A stretch of DNA of 64,000 nucleotides. Source: Allofournierella massiliensis (GTDB lineage Bacteria; Bacillota; Clostridia; Oscillospirales; Ruminococcaceae). The translations under genes and the position numbers were made by a program. Shown here piece by piece: positions 26,678 to 35,785 of the stretch; within the stretch, counting starts at the first letter, position 1, and the number at the start of each line of letters is the position of its first letter. The notes beneath the pieces were generated by a model. It saw only the letters and a program-made list of their open reading frames with translations, was not told the origin of the DNA and searched no databases. Where the stretch lies: NCBI GenBank assembly GCA_021531255.1, contig JAFBIO010000004.1. One strand, 5' to 3'.

Positions 26678-28113
26678 TCAGGCGTTGGCCGCGGCCTCGT
26701 CGTGATCGTGGTAGGTGCGCTGGCTGGGGTGTTCGCCGGTCTTCCAGACGAACTTGCCGGTAAAGCCATAGATGATGGCGATGATGGGGCAGAGCCAGCA
26801 CAGGAAGGAGTAGGGCAGGTAGGACAGGGTGGGCACGCCCAGGGTGCCGGCCATGTACACGCCGCACAGGCTCCAGGGGATCAGGGGGGAGATGATGGTG
26901 CCGCTGTCCTCCAAAGTGCGGCTCAGCACCTGAGGCAGCAGATCCTTTTTCTTGAATTCGGTGACGTACATCCGGCCGCCCACCACGATGGCCAGGGTCT
27001 GGCTGGCAGTGGCCGCCAGCAGGATGGCATTGGAGAAGATCACGGTGGTGATGAGGGTGCCGGTGTTCTTGACCAGGGGCTTCATATGCTCCAGGAAGGA
27101 GGAGAGCAGGCCGGTTTTTTCCATGATGGCGCCGTACAGCATGCCCAGCATGCCCAGGGCTGCCGTCCACAGCATGCTCTGCAGGCCGCCCCGGCTCATC
27201 AGGGTGTCAAAATCCGCAAAACCGCTCTCGATGGAAAAGCCGCTGTCTAGGATGGTGGCCATGGAGGCCAGGCTCTGGCCCTGGAAGATCATGGCCAGCA
27301 GGCTGGCAGCCAGGGTGGAGAAGAGCAGGGTGGGGATGGAGGGGCATTTCAGGATGGCCATGACAATGACGATCACCGGAGGCAGGAGCAGGAAGATGTT
27401 CATGTTGAAGTTCTGCTCGATGGCGGTCAGGGTGTTGGCCACCTGCTCGGAGTCAATGCCCTCGGCAGTGTAGCGCATGCCCAGCACCCCGTAGATCACC
27501 AGGCTGATGACAAAGGCGGGCCGGTGGTGTACATCATGCTCTTGATGTGGTCGAACAGGTCGGCCTCGGCCACGGCGGGGGCCAGGTTGGTGGTGTCGGA
27601 CATGGGGCTCATCTTATCGCCCAGGTAAGCGCCGGAAATGATGGCGCCGGCGGTCATGGCCGGGTTGATGCCCAGGCCGGCGCCGATGCCCACCAGGGCC
27701 ACGCCCACGGTACCGGCGGTAGACCAGCTGCTGCCGATGGAGATGGCGCATACGGCGCAGATCAGGCAGGCGGTGACCAGGAACATGGAGGGATTGATCA
27801 TTTTCAGGCCCCAGTAGATGATCATGGGCACGGTGCCGCCGGCAATCCAGCTGGCGATCAGGCAGCCGATGAGCATCATGATGATGGTGGGGGTCACCAG
27901 GATCTGCCCGCCGTATTCAATGGCGGCGGCCAGCTCTTTCCAGGGCTTGCCGTTCAGCCAGGCAACGCCCAGGGTCACAGCGATGGAGGTGAGCAGGTTG
28001 ATGTGCACCGGGATATCCAGCCACAGCACCGAGGCCACCATGGAACAGAGCAGAAAAGCAATACAGAACAGGGCCCAGCCGAAGGGCATGTCCTTGGTTT
28101 TTTGTGTTTGCAT
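26678..28113 (-). pseudogene. nhaC: Na+/H+ antiporter NhaC family, disrupted by a frameshift near 27500-27525
   Basis: Two adjacent ORFs (27496..28113 and 26678..27499) are the N- and C-halves of one NhaC-like protein. Reading ...KSMMYTT then shifting +1 gives PAFVISLVIYGVLGM, which restores continuity. Confidence 0.7.
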
Positions 28114-28155
28114 CGGTAAATTTCCTCCCCAAAAGGGGGCTGCTGCCCCCCAAAA

Positions 28156-28983
28156 TCAGTTGTTGTACAGGTACTTGTCCGCAACCTGGGCGATCCACTG
28201 GGCATAGGCCTCGTAGCACTTTTCGCCCACTTCCACGGTGGCGTCGGCCGGGTTGCCGATATAGCCGGGGCTCTTGTCCTCCTTCACGGGCACATAAATG
28301 CCCACTGCGCCGCCGTAGTAATGCAGGCCGCCCATCTTGACCGGCTTGCCGTCGTCCTCTTCATAGTAGGGCTCACAGCCCTCCAGATGTACCAGGTTGG
28401 GCACCGCCGCCAGTACGCAGCTGGCCTCGTCCTCGCCGCCGTGGCCCTGATGCTCGGCATTCTTGCAAACCTTGGGCCAGAAGTCGTTCATGGGAGGCAC
28501 CCAGTCGCAGACCACGCACTTGAGCCCAAAGCGCACTGCCAGGTCCTTGGCAGCCACATGGAGGGCGGCGTGGTTTTCGGAATGGTTCAGGCAGAGCACG
28601 AACCGCTCAAAGCCCTGCTTGTGCAGCGACAGGCAAAGATCCTCGGTCATGTCAATAAAGGTGCGCTCGCTGATGGGCACATTGCCGAACAGGTTGGCGC
28701 CTTCCCGCTCGAACTGGTTGGTCTGTACCCCGAAAGGCACCGGGAAGCCAGGCACGGATTTGTGGCCCATGGCGGCCAGCTGCTCGTGCACGCAGCGGAT
28801 GAGCATATTGGCCTGGAACCAGTCAGCGCCCAGGGGCAGGTGGCTGCCGTGGTTTTCAATGGCGCCAAAGCTCAGGATCACGGTATCCGCACCCTCGTTC
28901 ATCAGGGCTTTCAGCTCGGTGGCGGTCAGTTCCAAAAGGCATTTGGGGCCTTTGACTTCGTAAAGGGTTTTCCAGTCTTTCAC
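28156..28983 (-). CDS. Creatininase family protein (creatinine amidohydrolase-like)
   Basis: GTG start with RBS AGGAG 7 nt upstream. Motif SFGAIENHGSHLPLGADW is a creatininase metal site. A terminator hairpin lies downstream. Confidence 0.75.
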   Translation of the reverse strand: MKDWKTLYEVKGPKCLLELTATELKALMNEGADTVILSFGAIENHGSHLPLGADWFQANMLIRCVHEQLAAMGHKSVPGFPVPFGVQTNQFEREGANLFGNVPISERTFIDMTEDLCLSLHKQGFERFVLCLNHSENHAALHVAAKDLAVRFGLKCVVCDWVPPMNDFWPKVCKNAEHQGHGGEDEASCVLAAVPNLVHLEGCEPYYEEDDGKPVKMGGLHYYGGAVGIYVPVKEDKSPGYIGNPADATVEVGEKCYEAYAQWIAQVADKYLYNN

Positions 28984-29113
28984 GGTGATTCTCCTTTTTC
29001 TTTTGGCTGGCTGCGGGAAGCAGCTGAATGTATGTTTTTTCAGTGCGATAGTATAAATATGCAACTTTTGGGCTGATTGTCAAGAGGGAAAGAGAAAAAT
29101 TGCGCATATTGAC

Positions 29114-29150
29114 AAAATAAGGGAGAGAAGTCTGCCGCTTCTCTCCCTGT
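29114..29150 (-). terminator. Rho-independent terminator of the copA-csoR operon
   Basis: Minus strand: agggagagaagcggcagacttctctccct followed by TATTTT. Confidence 0.75.
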
Positions 29151-29157
29151 AACATAT

Positions 29158-29421
29158 TCATCGGGTCATCCGATCGAACAACTCGATCAGTTCGTCGATC
29201 TTCTGGTCAGCGTCGCCGCTCTTCACCGCCTCGGTCACGCAGGCGGCCATGTGGGCCCGCAGTACCTCCCGGGTGGCCCGGCGCAGCACCGCCTGGGCGG
29301 CGGTGAGCTGGTTGGCCACATCGATGCAGTACCGGTCTTCTTCCACCATCCGCAGCACGCCGTCCAGTTGGCCCCGGGCGGTTTTTACCAGGCGGCAGAC
29401 CTGCTCGTGATCGGCCTTCAT
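29158..29421 (-). CDS. csoR: CsoR/RcnR family copper-sensing transcriptional repressor
   Basis: DUF156 fold with C-x(n)-H-x3-C copper ligands (RYCIDV ... HMAAC). Its ATG overlaps the copA stop. Confidence 0.85.
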   Translation of the reverse strand: MKADHEQVCRLVKTARGQLDGVLRMVEEDRYCIDVANQLTAAQAVLRRATREVLRAHMAACVTEAVKSGDADQKIDELIELFDRMTR

Positions 29422-31994
29422 CCTTCGATCCCCGTCACGGTGTAGCCGGCTTCGGTCACCGCCGCTTTCAGGGCCTCATCGGTCACGGTATCAGCCACCT
29501 GGCAGACGGCTTTGCCGCCCTCCAGGTCAACGGTGGCGCGCACGCCTTCCAGGGCGTTCAGAGCCTTATCCACATGGGCCTGGCAGTGGGCGCACATCAT
29601 GCCTTCGATTTTCAGGGTTTTGGTTTTCATGGGTACTCCTCCTTTATTTTCCTGGGTTTTGTCCGCCTCGGGGGCGGCGGTTTCGAGGATGGGTTCCGGG
29701 GCGGCGGATTCTGCCCCGGCGGGCAGGCCGCCTTTATCCAGATCCAGCAGATTCAGGCGCAGGGCGTTGGTCACCACGCAGAAGCTGGAAAGGCTCATGG
29801 CGGCGGCGCCGATCATGGGGTTGAGGGTAAGCCCGAACAGGGGCCACAGGCAGCCGGCCGCCACCGGGATGCCAATTACATTATAACAGAAAGCCCAGAA
29901 CAGGTTTTCCCGGATGTTTTTCAGAACACCCCGGCCCAGCCGGATGGCCCGGGCCACCCCCAGCAGGTCGCTCTGCATCAGCACCAGGTCGGCGGCGTCG
30001 ATGGCCACGTCGGTGCCGGCCCCGATGGCAATGCCCAGATCGGCCCGGGTCAGGGCGGGGGCGTCGTTGATGCCGTCCCCTACCATGGCCACCCGGCCTT
30101 CTTTCTGAAGCCGGCGCACCTGGGCTTCCTTGTCGCCGGGCAGCACCTGGGCGATCACCTCGTCCACACCCACCTGGCTGCCCACCGCCTGGGCGGTGCG
30201 CTGGTTGTCGCCGGTGAGCAGGATCACCCGCAGGCCCATGGCCTTGAGCCGGCGGATGGCCTCCCGGCTGGTGGGGCGGGGGGTATCGGCCACCGCCACC
30301 AGGCCCAGCACCCGGCCGCCCCGGGCAAAGCACAGGGGGGTGCAGCCCTGGGCCGAGAGCTCTTCACCGGCCTGGTTCAGACCTTCCGGCAGGGGCAGGC
30401 GGCTGCCCATAAAGGCCAGGGAACCGCCGGTCAGCTCCTGGCCGGCTTTTTCATCCAGCCCCCGCACCCCGTTGCCGGGCAGGGCCTCAAAGCCGGTGAG
30501 GGAGGGCAGGCCGGTCAATTCCCGGGTATATTCCCGCACGGCCCGGGCCACCGGGTGCTCGCTGTTCTGTTCCAGGGCGGCGGCGTCCCGCAGCAGCTCT
30601 TCCCGGCTCACGCCGGGGGCAGGCTGGACGGCCCGCACCTGCATCTGGCCGCTGGTGACGGTGCCGGTTTTATCCAGTACCACAATATCCACCCGGCCTG
30701 CCTGTTCCAGGGCAGCGGCAGTTTTGAAGAAGATGCCGTGGCGGGCGCCCTGGCCGCTGCCCACCATGATGGCCACCGGGGTGGCCAGGCCCAGGGCGCA
30801 GGGGCAGCTGATGACCAGCACGCTGATGGCCCGGGCCAGGGCAAAGCTTACCGGCTGGCCCAGGGCCAGCCAGACGATCAGGGTCAGCAGGGCCAGCCCG
30901 ATCACCGCCGGCACAAATACACCGCTGACCTTGTCGGCCAGCCGGGCAATGGGGGCTTTGGTGGCGGCCGCGTCGCTCACCATCCGGATGATCTGGCTGA
31001 GGGTGGTGTCCTGCCCCACCCGGCTGGCGGTGCATTTCAGCACGCCGGTCTGGTTCAGGGTGGCGGCGCTCACCTCACTGCCGGGGGCCTTGTCCACCGG
31101 CATACTCTCGCCGGTAAGGGCGGCCTCGTTCACGGCGCTCTCGCCTTCCAGCACCCGTCCGTCCACCGGGATCTGTTCGCCCGGCCGTACCAGGAAGATA
31201 TCTCCCCGCACCACCTCGCTGGCGGGTACCGTTACCTCCTGGCCCTCCCGCAGCAGGGTGGCCGTGCGGGGGGCCAGCTCCAACAGTCCCTTCAGGGCGC
31301 TGGTGGTGCGGCCCTTGCTGCGGGATTCCAGGGTCTTGCCCAGGGTGATAAGGGTGAGGATCATGCCGGCGCCCTCAAAATACAGGTCATGCCGGCCGGC
31401 ATGGGCCCCGGCCATATCCCCCGCGCCCAGGGCAAAGCAGATCTGATACATGACCCAGAGGCTGTACCCCAGGCTGGCGCCGGCCCCCAGGGCCACCAGG
31501 GCATCCATGCCGGGGGCCCGGTTCCAGATACCCTTGAAGCCGCTGATGAAAAAGGCCCGGTTCAGGTAAAGGATGGGCAGGGTGAGCAGCAGCTGGGTCA
31601 GGGCAAAGGCCGCCGCCCCCTCGGCACCCTCCAGGGCGGCGGGCAGGGGCAGGCCCAGCATGCTGCCCATGGATACATACATCAGCAGGGCAAGGAAAAC
31701 CAGGCTGCCCAGCAGCCGGCGCTTGAGCAGGGGAGTCTGGGTGTCTTCCAGGGGATTTTCCGCCGGGGCGGCAGGGGCAGAGCCCGGAGCTTCCAGGGGC
31801 TTGGCCCCGTAGCCGGCCTTATCCACCGCGGCGCAGATCTCCTCGGCAGTGGCGGGGGCCTCAAATTCCACCCCCATGGAATTGGTCAGCAGGCTGACCG
31901 ATACGCTTTTGACGCCCGGCAGGGCGGCCACGGCCTTTTCCACATGGGCGCTGCAGGCCGCGCAGCTCATGCCGATTACAGAAAATTGCTGCAT
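29418..31994 (-). CDS. copA: Copper-translocating P1B-type ATPase with an in-frame C-terminal CopZ-like HMA domain
   Basis: N-terminal [19 protein letters not shown] and GDGINDAP motifs. The last about 70 aa ([17 protein letters not shown]...) form a second HMA domain preceded by an intact AAGGAGGAG RBS. Confidence 0.9.
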   Translation of the reverse strand: MQQFSVIGMSCAACSAHVEKAVAALPGVKSVSVSLLTNSMGVEFEAPATAEEICAAVDKAGYGAKPLEAPGSAPAAPAENPLEDTQTPLLKRRLLGSLVFLALLMYVSMGSMLGLPLPAALEGAEGAAAFALTQLLLTLPILYLNRAFFISGFKGIWNRAPGMDALVALGAGASLGYSLWVMYQICFALGAGDMAGAHAGRHDLYFEGAGMILTLITLGKTLESRSKGRTTSALKGLLELAPRTATLLREGQEVTVPASEVVRGDIFLVRPGEQIPVDGRVLEGESAVNEAALTGESMPVDKAPGSEVSAATLNQTGVLKCTASRVGQDTTLSQIIRMVSDAAATKAPIARLADKVSGVFVPAVIGLALLTLIVWLALGQPVSFALARAISVLVISCPCALGLATPVAIMVGSGQGARHGIFFKTAAALEQAGRVDIVVLDKTGTVTSGQMQVRAVQPAPGVSREELLRDAAALEQNSEHPVARAVREYTRELTGLPSLTGFEALPGNGVRGLDEKAGQELTGGSLAFMGSRLPLPEGLNQAGEELSAQGCTPLCFARGGRVLGLVAVADTPRPTSREAIRRLKAMGLRVILLTGDNQRTAQAVGSQVGVDEVIAQVLPGDKEAQVRRLQKEGRVAMVGDGINDAPALTRADLGIAIGAGTDVAIDAADLVLMQSDLLGVARAIRLGRGVLKNIRENLFWAFCYNVIGIPVAAGCLWPLFGLTLNPMIGAAAMSLSSFCVVTNALRLNLLDLDKGGLPAGAESAAPEPILETAAPEADKTQENKGGVPMKTKTLKIEGMMCAHCQAHVDKALNALEGVRATVDLEGGKAVCQVADTVTDEALKAAVTEAGYTVTGIEG

Positions 31995-32058
31995 AGAGAT
32001 TTCTCCTTTGGGATGCGGGGGAAGCAGGAAGGGGGCAGAAGCAAAAGCTCAGCCCGGC

Positions 32059-32084
32059 ATACACCCCACCCCCCTGGGGTATAT
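32059..32084. promoter_or_regulatory. Candidate CsoR operator (G/C-tract inverted repeat) in the copA promoter
   Basis: atacacccca-cccccc-tggggtatat pseudo-palindrome, 65-90 nt upstream of the copA ATG. It resembles ATACCC-N-GGGGTAT type CsoR boxes. Confidence 0.55.
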
Positions 32085-32213
32085 GTCTGCCATTACTATA
32101 CCACACTTTTTTTAAAATGCAAGGCTTTGGGCAGCACTGCCCTGCCCATAAAGGGAAAAGCCGGCCGGGCCTCCAAAAAATCCGGGGAGAAAAGGCAGCG
32201 TCAGAAAGCAGGC

Positions 32214-32251
32214 AAAAAAAGCCCCCCACCGGGGGGTGGGGGGCAGAACCG
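32214..32251 (-). terminator. Rho-independent terminator after the AKR gene
   Basis: Minus strand: gccccccaccccccggtggggggc followed by TTTTTTT. Confidence 0.8.
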
Positions 32252-32279
32252 TTCTGAGGATTGTTCAAAAAGCGGATCG

Positions 32280-33260
32280 TTACCAGTTGGGGTGGACCGA
32301 AGCCCGGATGTACCGGTCATAGATGGCGCGAACGCCCTCCATTTGTTCCGGGCTCAGGGCCGGCAGCTGGGCGGCTTTCACGTTGGCGCGCACCTGTTCC
32401 GGGCGGCTGGCACCGGGGATTACCGCGCTCACCGCCTCCTGCATCAGGATCCAGCGCAGCGCGTAGGGGATCAGATCCTCGGTGCCGAACAGTTTTTTCA
32501 GTTCCGCCACAGCCCGGAGCCCCTGCTCATAGTCCACACCGGAAAAGGTCTCGCCCTTATCAAAGGCCTCGCCGTTCCGGTTATAGCTGCGGTGGTCGTT
32601 TTGGCCGAACCGGGTATCCTTGGTGTACCGGCCGGTGAGCAGGCCGCTGGCAAGGGGCACCCGGGCCAGAATGCTGATCTGCCTTGCCTGGGCTGCCGGG
32701 AACAGTTCCTCGGCGGGTTTGAGGCGGAACATATTGAAGATGACCTCAATGGCCGAGATGGGGTATTCCATAGCCCGGAGGCCCTCGCTGACCTTTTCGA
32801 TGCTCACGCCATAGTGGGCAATCTTGCCCTTTTGCACCAGCTTATCCAGGCCGGCAAACAGCTCGTCCTTCTGATATACGGAAGAGGGCGGGCAGTGCAG
32901 CAGCACCAGATCCAGCTGTTCCATGCCCAGCCGTTCCAGGCTTTGGTCAATAAACCGCTCGGTGTTTTCCGGGGTATAGCCCTCGGCGGTATGGGGGTCC
33001 AGCCCCCGGCCGCATTTTGTCACCACAAAGAAGTGGTCCCGGTGCCGGGCAAGGAATTTCCCAATAGCTCGCTCGCTGCCGCCGTTGTTGTAGATATCGG
33101 CTGTGTCGATCAGGTCGATGCCGCACTCATACCCGGCCTGCAGGATCTCCAGGGCCTTTGCCTCGTCGAAGGGGTCGCCCCAGCGGGCCCCCAGCTGCCA
33201 GGTGCCAAGGCCGATCTCGCTTACCCTGCGCCCGGTTTTGCCAAACATTCTGTGATTCAT
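32280..33260 (-). CDS. Aldo/keto reductase
   Basis: AKR catalytic tetrad context (D...Y...K...H) and GxGTW motif. Confidence 0.85.
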   Translation of the reverse strand: MNHRMFGKTGRRVSEIGLGTWQLGARWGDPFDEAKALEILQAGYECGIDLIDTADIYNNGGSERAIGKFLARHRDHFFVVTKCGRGLDPHTAEGYTPENTERFIDQSLERLGMEQLDLVLLHCPPSSVYQKDELFAGLDKLVQKGKIAHYGVSIEKVSEGLRAMEYPISAIEVIFNMFRLKPAEELFPAAQARQISILARVPLASGLLTGRYTKDTRFGQNDHRSYNRNGEAFDKGETFSGVDYEQGLRAVAELKKLFGTEDLIPYALRWILMQEAVSAVIPGASRPEQVRANVKAAQLPALSPEQMEGVRAIYDRYIRASVHPNW

Positions 33261-33276
33261 GCCATACCTCTTTCTC

Positions 33277-34425
33277 TTATCGCCGGAAGATCTCTCTTGC
33301 CTGCCGCATGTTTTCCCGGATATTCACCCCAAAGGGGCAGTTGGGCTCACAGCGGCCGCACATCAGGCAATCCTCCGCAGTGGCCGGCAGGGACCAATAG
33401 TGTTCCCGCACGGTGTCCGGCACCGTCTTTTGCTGTTTGGCCAGATCCAGGAATTTGGTCACGGCGGCAATATCCAGGTGGGCCGGGCAGGGCTGGCAGT
33501 GGTTGCAGTACATGCACCGGCCCGTCATGGAAACAGAGATGCCGGAAGAAAAGATATGGGCATAGCTGCGCTCCTGGGGGGAGAGCTGCTGATGGCGCAG
33601 GGCTTCCAGCAGTTCCTGGGGGGTGCGGCAGCCCACCAGCACCACCTTTACCCCGCTGCGGTCCAGGCAGTACTGGATGCACTGGGGCACGATCATGGCC
33701 ACCCCAAAGGGAGAGCTTTCCGCCTTCAGCAGGGTGCCCGCCCCCAGCGCTTTCATGACGGTGATGGCCACGCCCCGGTTCTCACAGGCCGAGTACAGCT
33801 TTTGCCGGGCCTCGTCGGCCACCAGGCCGCTCCGTTCCATCCCCTTGAATTCCATCAGGGCCTCGATGTCGGTGTCGGGGGCCTCCATATCATAAGCCGG
33901 ATTGATGCTGAACATCAGCACATCAATCCAGCCGCTTTCCACCGCTTTCAGGGCCACCTGGGGATTGTGGGAACTCATGCCGATATGGCGGAGGATCCCC
34001 TTTGCCTTGAGTTCCCGGGCATATTCCAGCACCGGGCCGCCCAGCACCCCGTCCAGATCCTCTTGGCTGTCCACATAGTGGATCATGCCCACATCGATAT
34101 AATCGGTCTGCAGCCGATTCAGCAGATCCTCAAAGGAGCGGCGGGTCTTTTCGATATCCCGGGTCCGGGTATACTGGCCATCCTCATACACGGTACACAG
34201 ATGCCCTTGAATGATGAATTTTTCCCGGCGGCCCCTCAGCGCATTGCCCAGGTGCTGCCGGGTGGGGGCCTGGGGCATGAAGATATCCAGGTAGTTGACG
34301 CCGTTTTCCTCCGCCGTATCCAAAATGGCCGTGCTATCTTCCTGCGACAGCCCGTTGAACCATTCGCCACCCAAACCGATCTCGCTCACCCTGAGCCCGG
34401 TGCGGCCCAATATTCTGTACTGCAT
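33277..34425 (-). CDS. Aldo/keto reductase fused to a C-terminal 4Fe-4S ferredoxin domain
   Basis: N-terminal AKR domain followed by CMYCNHCQPCP and CLMCGRCEPNCP cluster motifs. Confidence 0.8.
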   Translation of the reverse strand: MQYRILGRTGLRVSEIGLGGEWFNGLSQEDSTAILDTAEENGVNYLDIFMPQAPTRQHLGNALRGRREKFIIQGHLCTVYEDGQYTRTRDIEKTRRSFEDLLNRLQTDYIDVGMIHYVDSQEDLDGVLGGPVLEYARELKAKGILRHIGMSSHNPQVALKAVESGWIDVLMFSINPAYDMEAPDTDIEALMEFKGMERSGLVADEARQKLYSACENRGVAITVMKALGAGTLLKAESSPFGVAMIVPQCIQYCLDRSGVKVVLVGCRTPQELLEALRHQQLSPQERSYAHIFSSGISVSMTGRCMYCNHCQPCPAHLDIAAVTKFLDLAKQQKTVPDTVREHYWSLPATAEDCLMCGRCEPNCPFGVNIRENMRQAREIFRR

Positions 34426-34574
34426 GAAATTCTCCTGTGCCCCAAAGGGGCGGTCCTTGTATAAATGACGAATTTAAGTATAATGGCATTATATAGAACA
34501 ACCAAAAGAGGGGCAAGTACGCATATTTTTTTCAGAAGGTGAAGAAAAGTTCACCAAGGAGAGGGCGAAACCCG

Positions 34575-34937
34575 ATGGAAAAGATCCTGGTTACCTGTGA
34601 GATGGAGGTTACCCTGAAGATGATCGGCGGCAAGTGCAAGCCGCTGATTTTAGACAGCCTGATCCGTCACGGCACCCAGCGGTTCAGCCAGCTGATGCGC
34701 CGGCTCAGCCAGGTATCCCAGCGCACCCTCACAAATCAGCTGCGGGAACTGGAAGCGGACGGGCTGATCAGCCGGACCGTTTATGCCCAGGTCCCCCTCA
34801 AGGTGGAATACAGCATCACCGAAAAGGGCCGTTCGCTGGCCCAGATTCTGGAACTCATGTGCGAATGGGGCGAAAAGAATATGGATGAAAGGTTTGAACT
34901 CACCGACCCGCAATGTACCGGCCAGGAAGAAGAATAA
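34575..34937 (+). CDS. HxlR family (winged-helix) transcriptional regulator
   Basis: RBS AAGGAGAGG. HxlR signature (CKPLILDSLIRHGTQRFSQLMRRLSQVSQRTLTNQLRELEADGLISR). Divergent from the AKR genes. Confidence 0.8.
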   Translation: MEKILVTCEMEVTLKMIGGKCKPLILDSLIRHGTQRFSQLMRRLSQVSQRTLTNQLRELEADGLISRTVYAQVPLKVEYSITEKGRSLAQILELMCEWGEKNMDERFELTDPQCTGQEEE

Positions 34938-34968
34938 GCCGAACTCCCAGCCCATTAACCCAAAACCA

Positions 34969-35012
34969 AAGGCAGCCGCCTCCCTTTTCGGGGAGGCCGG
35001 CTGCCTTCTGTA
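34969..35012. terminator. Bidirectional terminator
   Basis: ggcagccgcctccc-tttt-cggggaggccggctgcc hairpin followed by a T-rich run. Confidence 0.75.
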
Positions 35013-35025
35013 TATTTTATAGTTT

Positions 35026-35745
35026 TTACAGTCCCTGGCGGCGAAGAGCCCGGTCCACCCGGCGGAAATCCCCCACCGCCTTCAGCCCGATGCGGAAGAT
35101 GCGGGCCAGATTCAGGCTGTTGACGCCCCCCTGCCGGGGCAGAAAACTCACCGGCAAAGAGAGCACCGGCAGGTCCATCCGGGCGGCAAAAGCCGCAATG
35201 AGCACGTTGGGCAGGAAGAAATTCTCCGGAATGAGTTCCAGGCACCGGGCAAGGAAGTCCCGCTTCATCAGCCGGTAGGGGGTGTTGGGGTCGGCCGTAT
35301 AGGCCCGCAGAAAGAACAGGGTGACATATTTCAGCACCTTGGTCACCACCCAGCGGGAAAAGCCGTCCCCCCGGTGCACCCGCCGGCCGATCACCAGGTC
35401 ATAACCGGCCCGCTGTTCCCAGAAAGGGGCGAATTCCTCCGGCAGGGTCTGGCCGTCCGAATCGGTCTGAAAGATATAGTCGGCCCCCTGTTCCAGGGCA
35501 TAGCGGTAACCAAACAGGCAGGCTGACCCGTGGCCCCCGTTGGGCTTGGTCAGGGGGATCAGGGCGGGCAGTTCCCGGGCCAGGGCCTCCAGCTTTTGGG
35601 CGGTGCCGTCCCGGCTGCCGTCGTTCACCACCACCAGCCGGGCTTCGGGGCCGGTCTGGCAGGCTACCTGGTGCCACTGGCGCACTACTTTTTCGATATT
35701 GGCTTCCTCATTGTAAGCCGGAATCACGATATAGAGTTTCTCCAA
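35026..35745 (-). CDS. GT2 family glycosyltransferase (polyprenyl-phosphate sugar synthase, DPM1-like)
   Basis: IVIPAYNEE and VVNDGSRDGT motifs plus a DxD-type motif. Probable TTG start (MEKLYIVIP) 6 nt after GGAGGA; the two upstream ATGs lack usable RBS spacing. Confidence 0.75.
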   Translation of the reverse strand: MEKLYIVIPAYNEEANIEKVVRQWHQVACQTGPEARLVVVNDGSRDGTAQKLEALARELPALIPLTKPNGGHGSACLFGYRYALEQGADYIFQTDSDGQTLPEEFAPFWEQRAGYDLVIGRRVHRGDGFSRWVVTKVLKYVTLFFLRAYTADPNTPYRLMKRDFLARCLELIPENFFLPNVLIAAFAARMDLPVLSLPVSFLPRQGGVNSLNLARIFRIGLKAVGDFRRVDRALRRQGL

Positions 35746-35785
35746 AACCATTCCTCCCATGGGGCCCTTGGCCCGGCGACGGCAT

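Noticed and set aside
29574-33758. 1394-aa + strand ORF antisense to copA and the two aldo/keto reductases
   Set aside because: Same reasoning. It spans intergenic terminators and promoters and shadows minus-strand genes with clear domain signatures.
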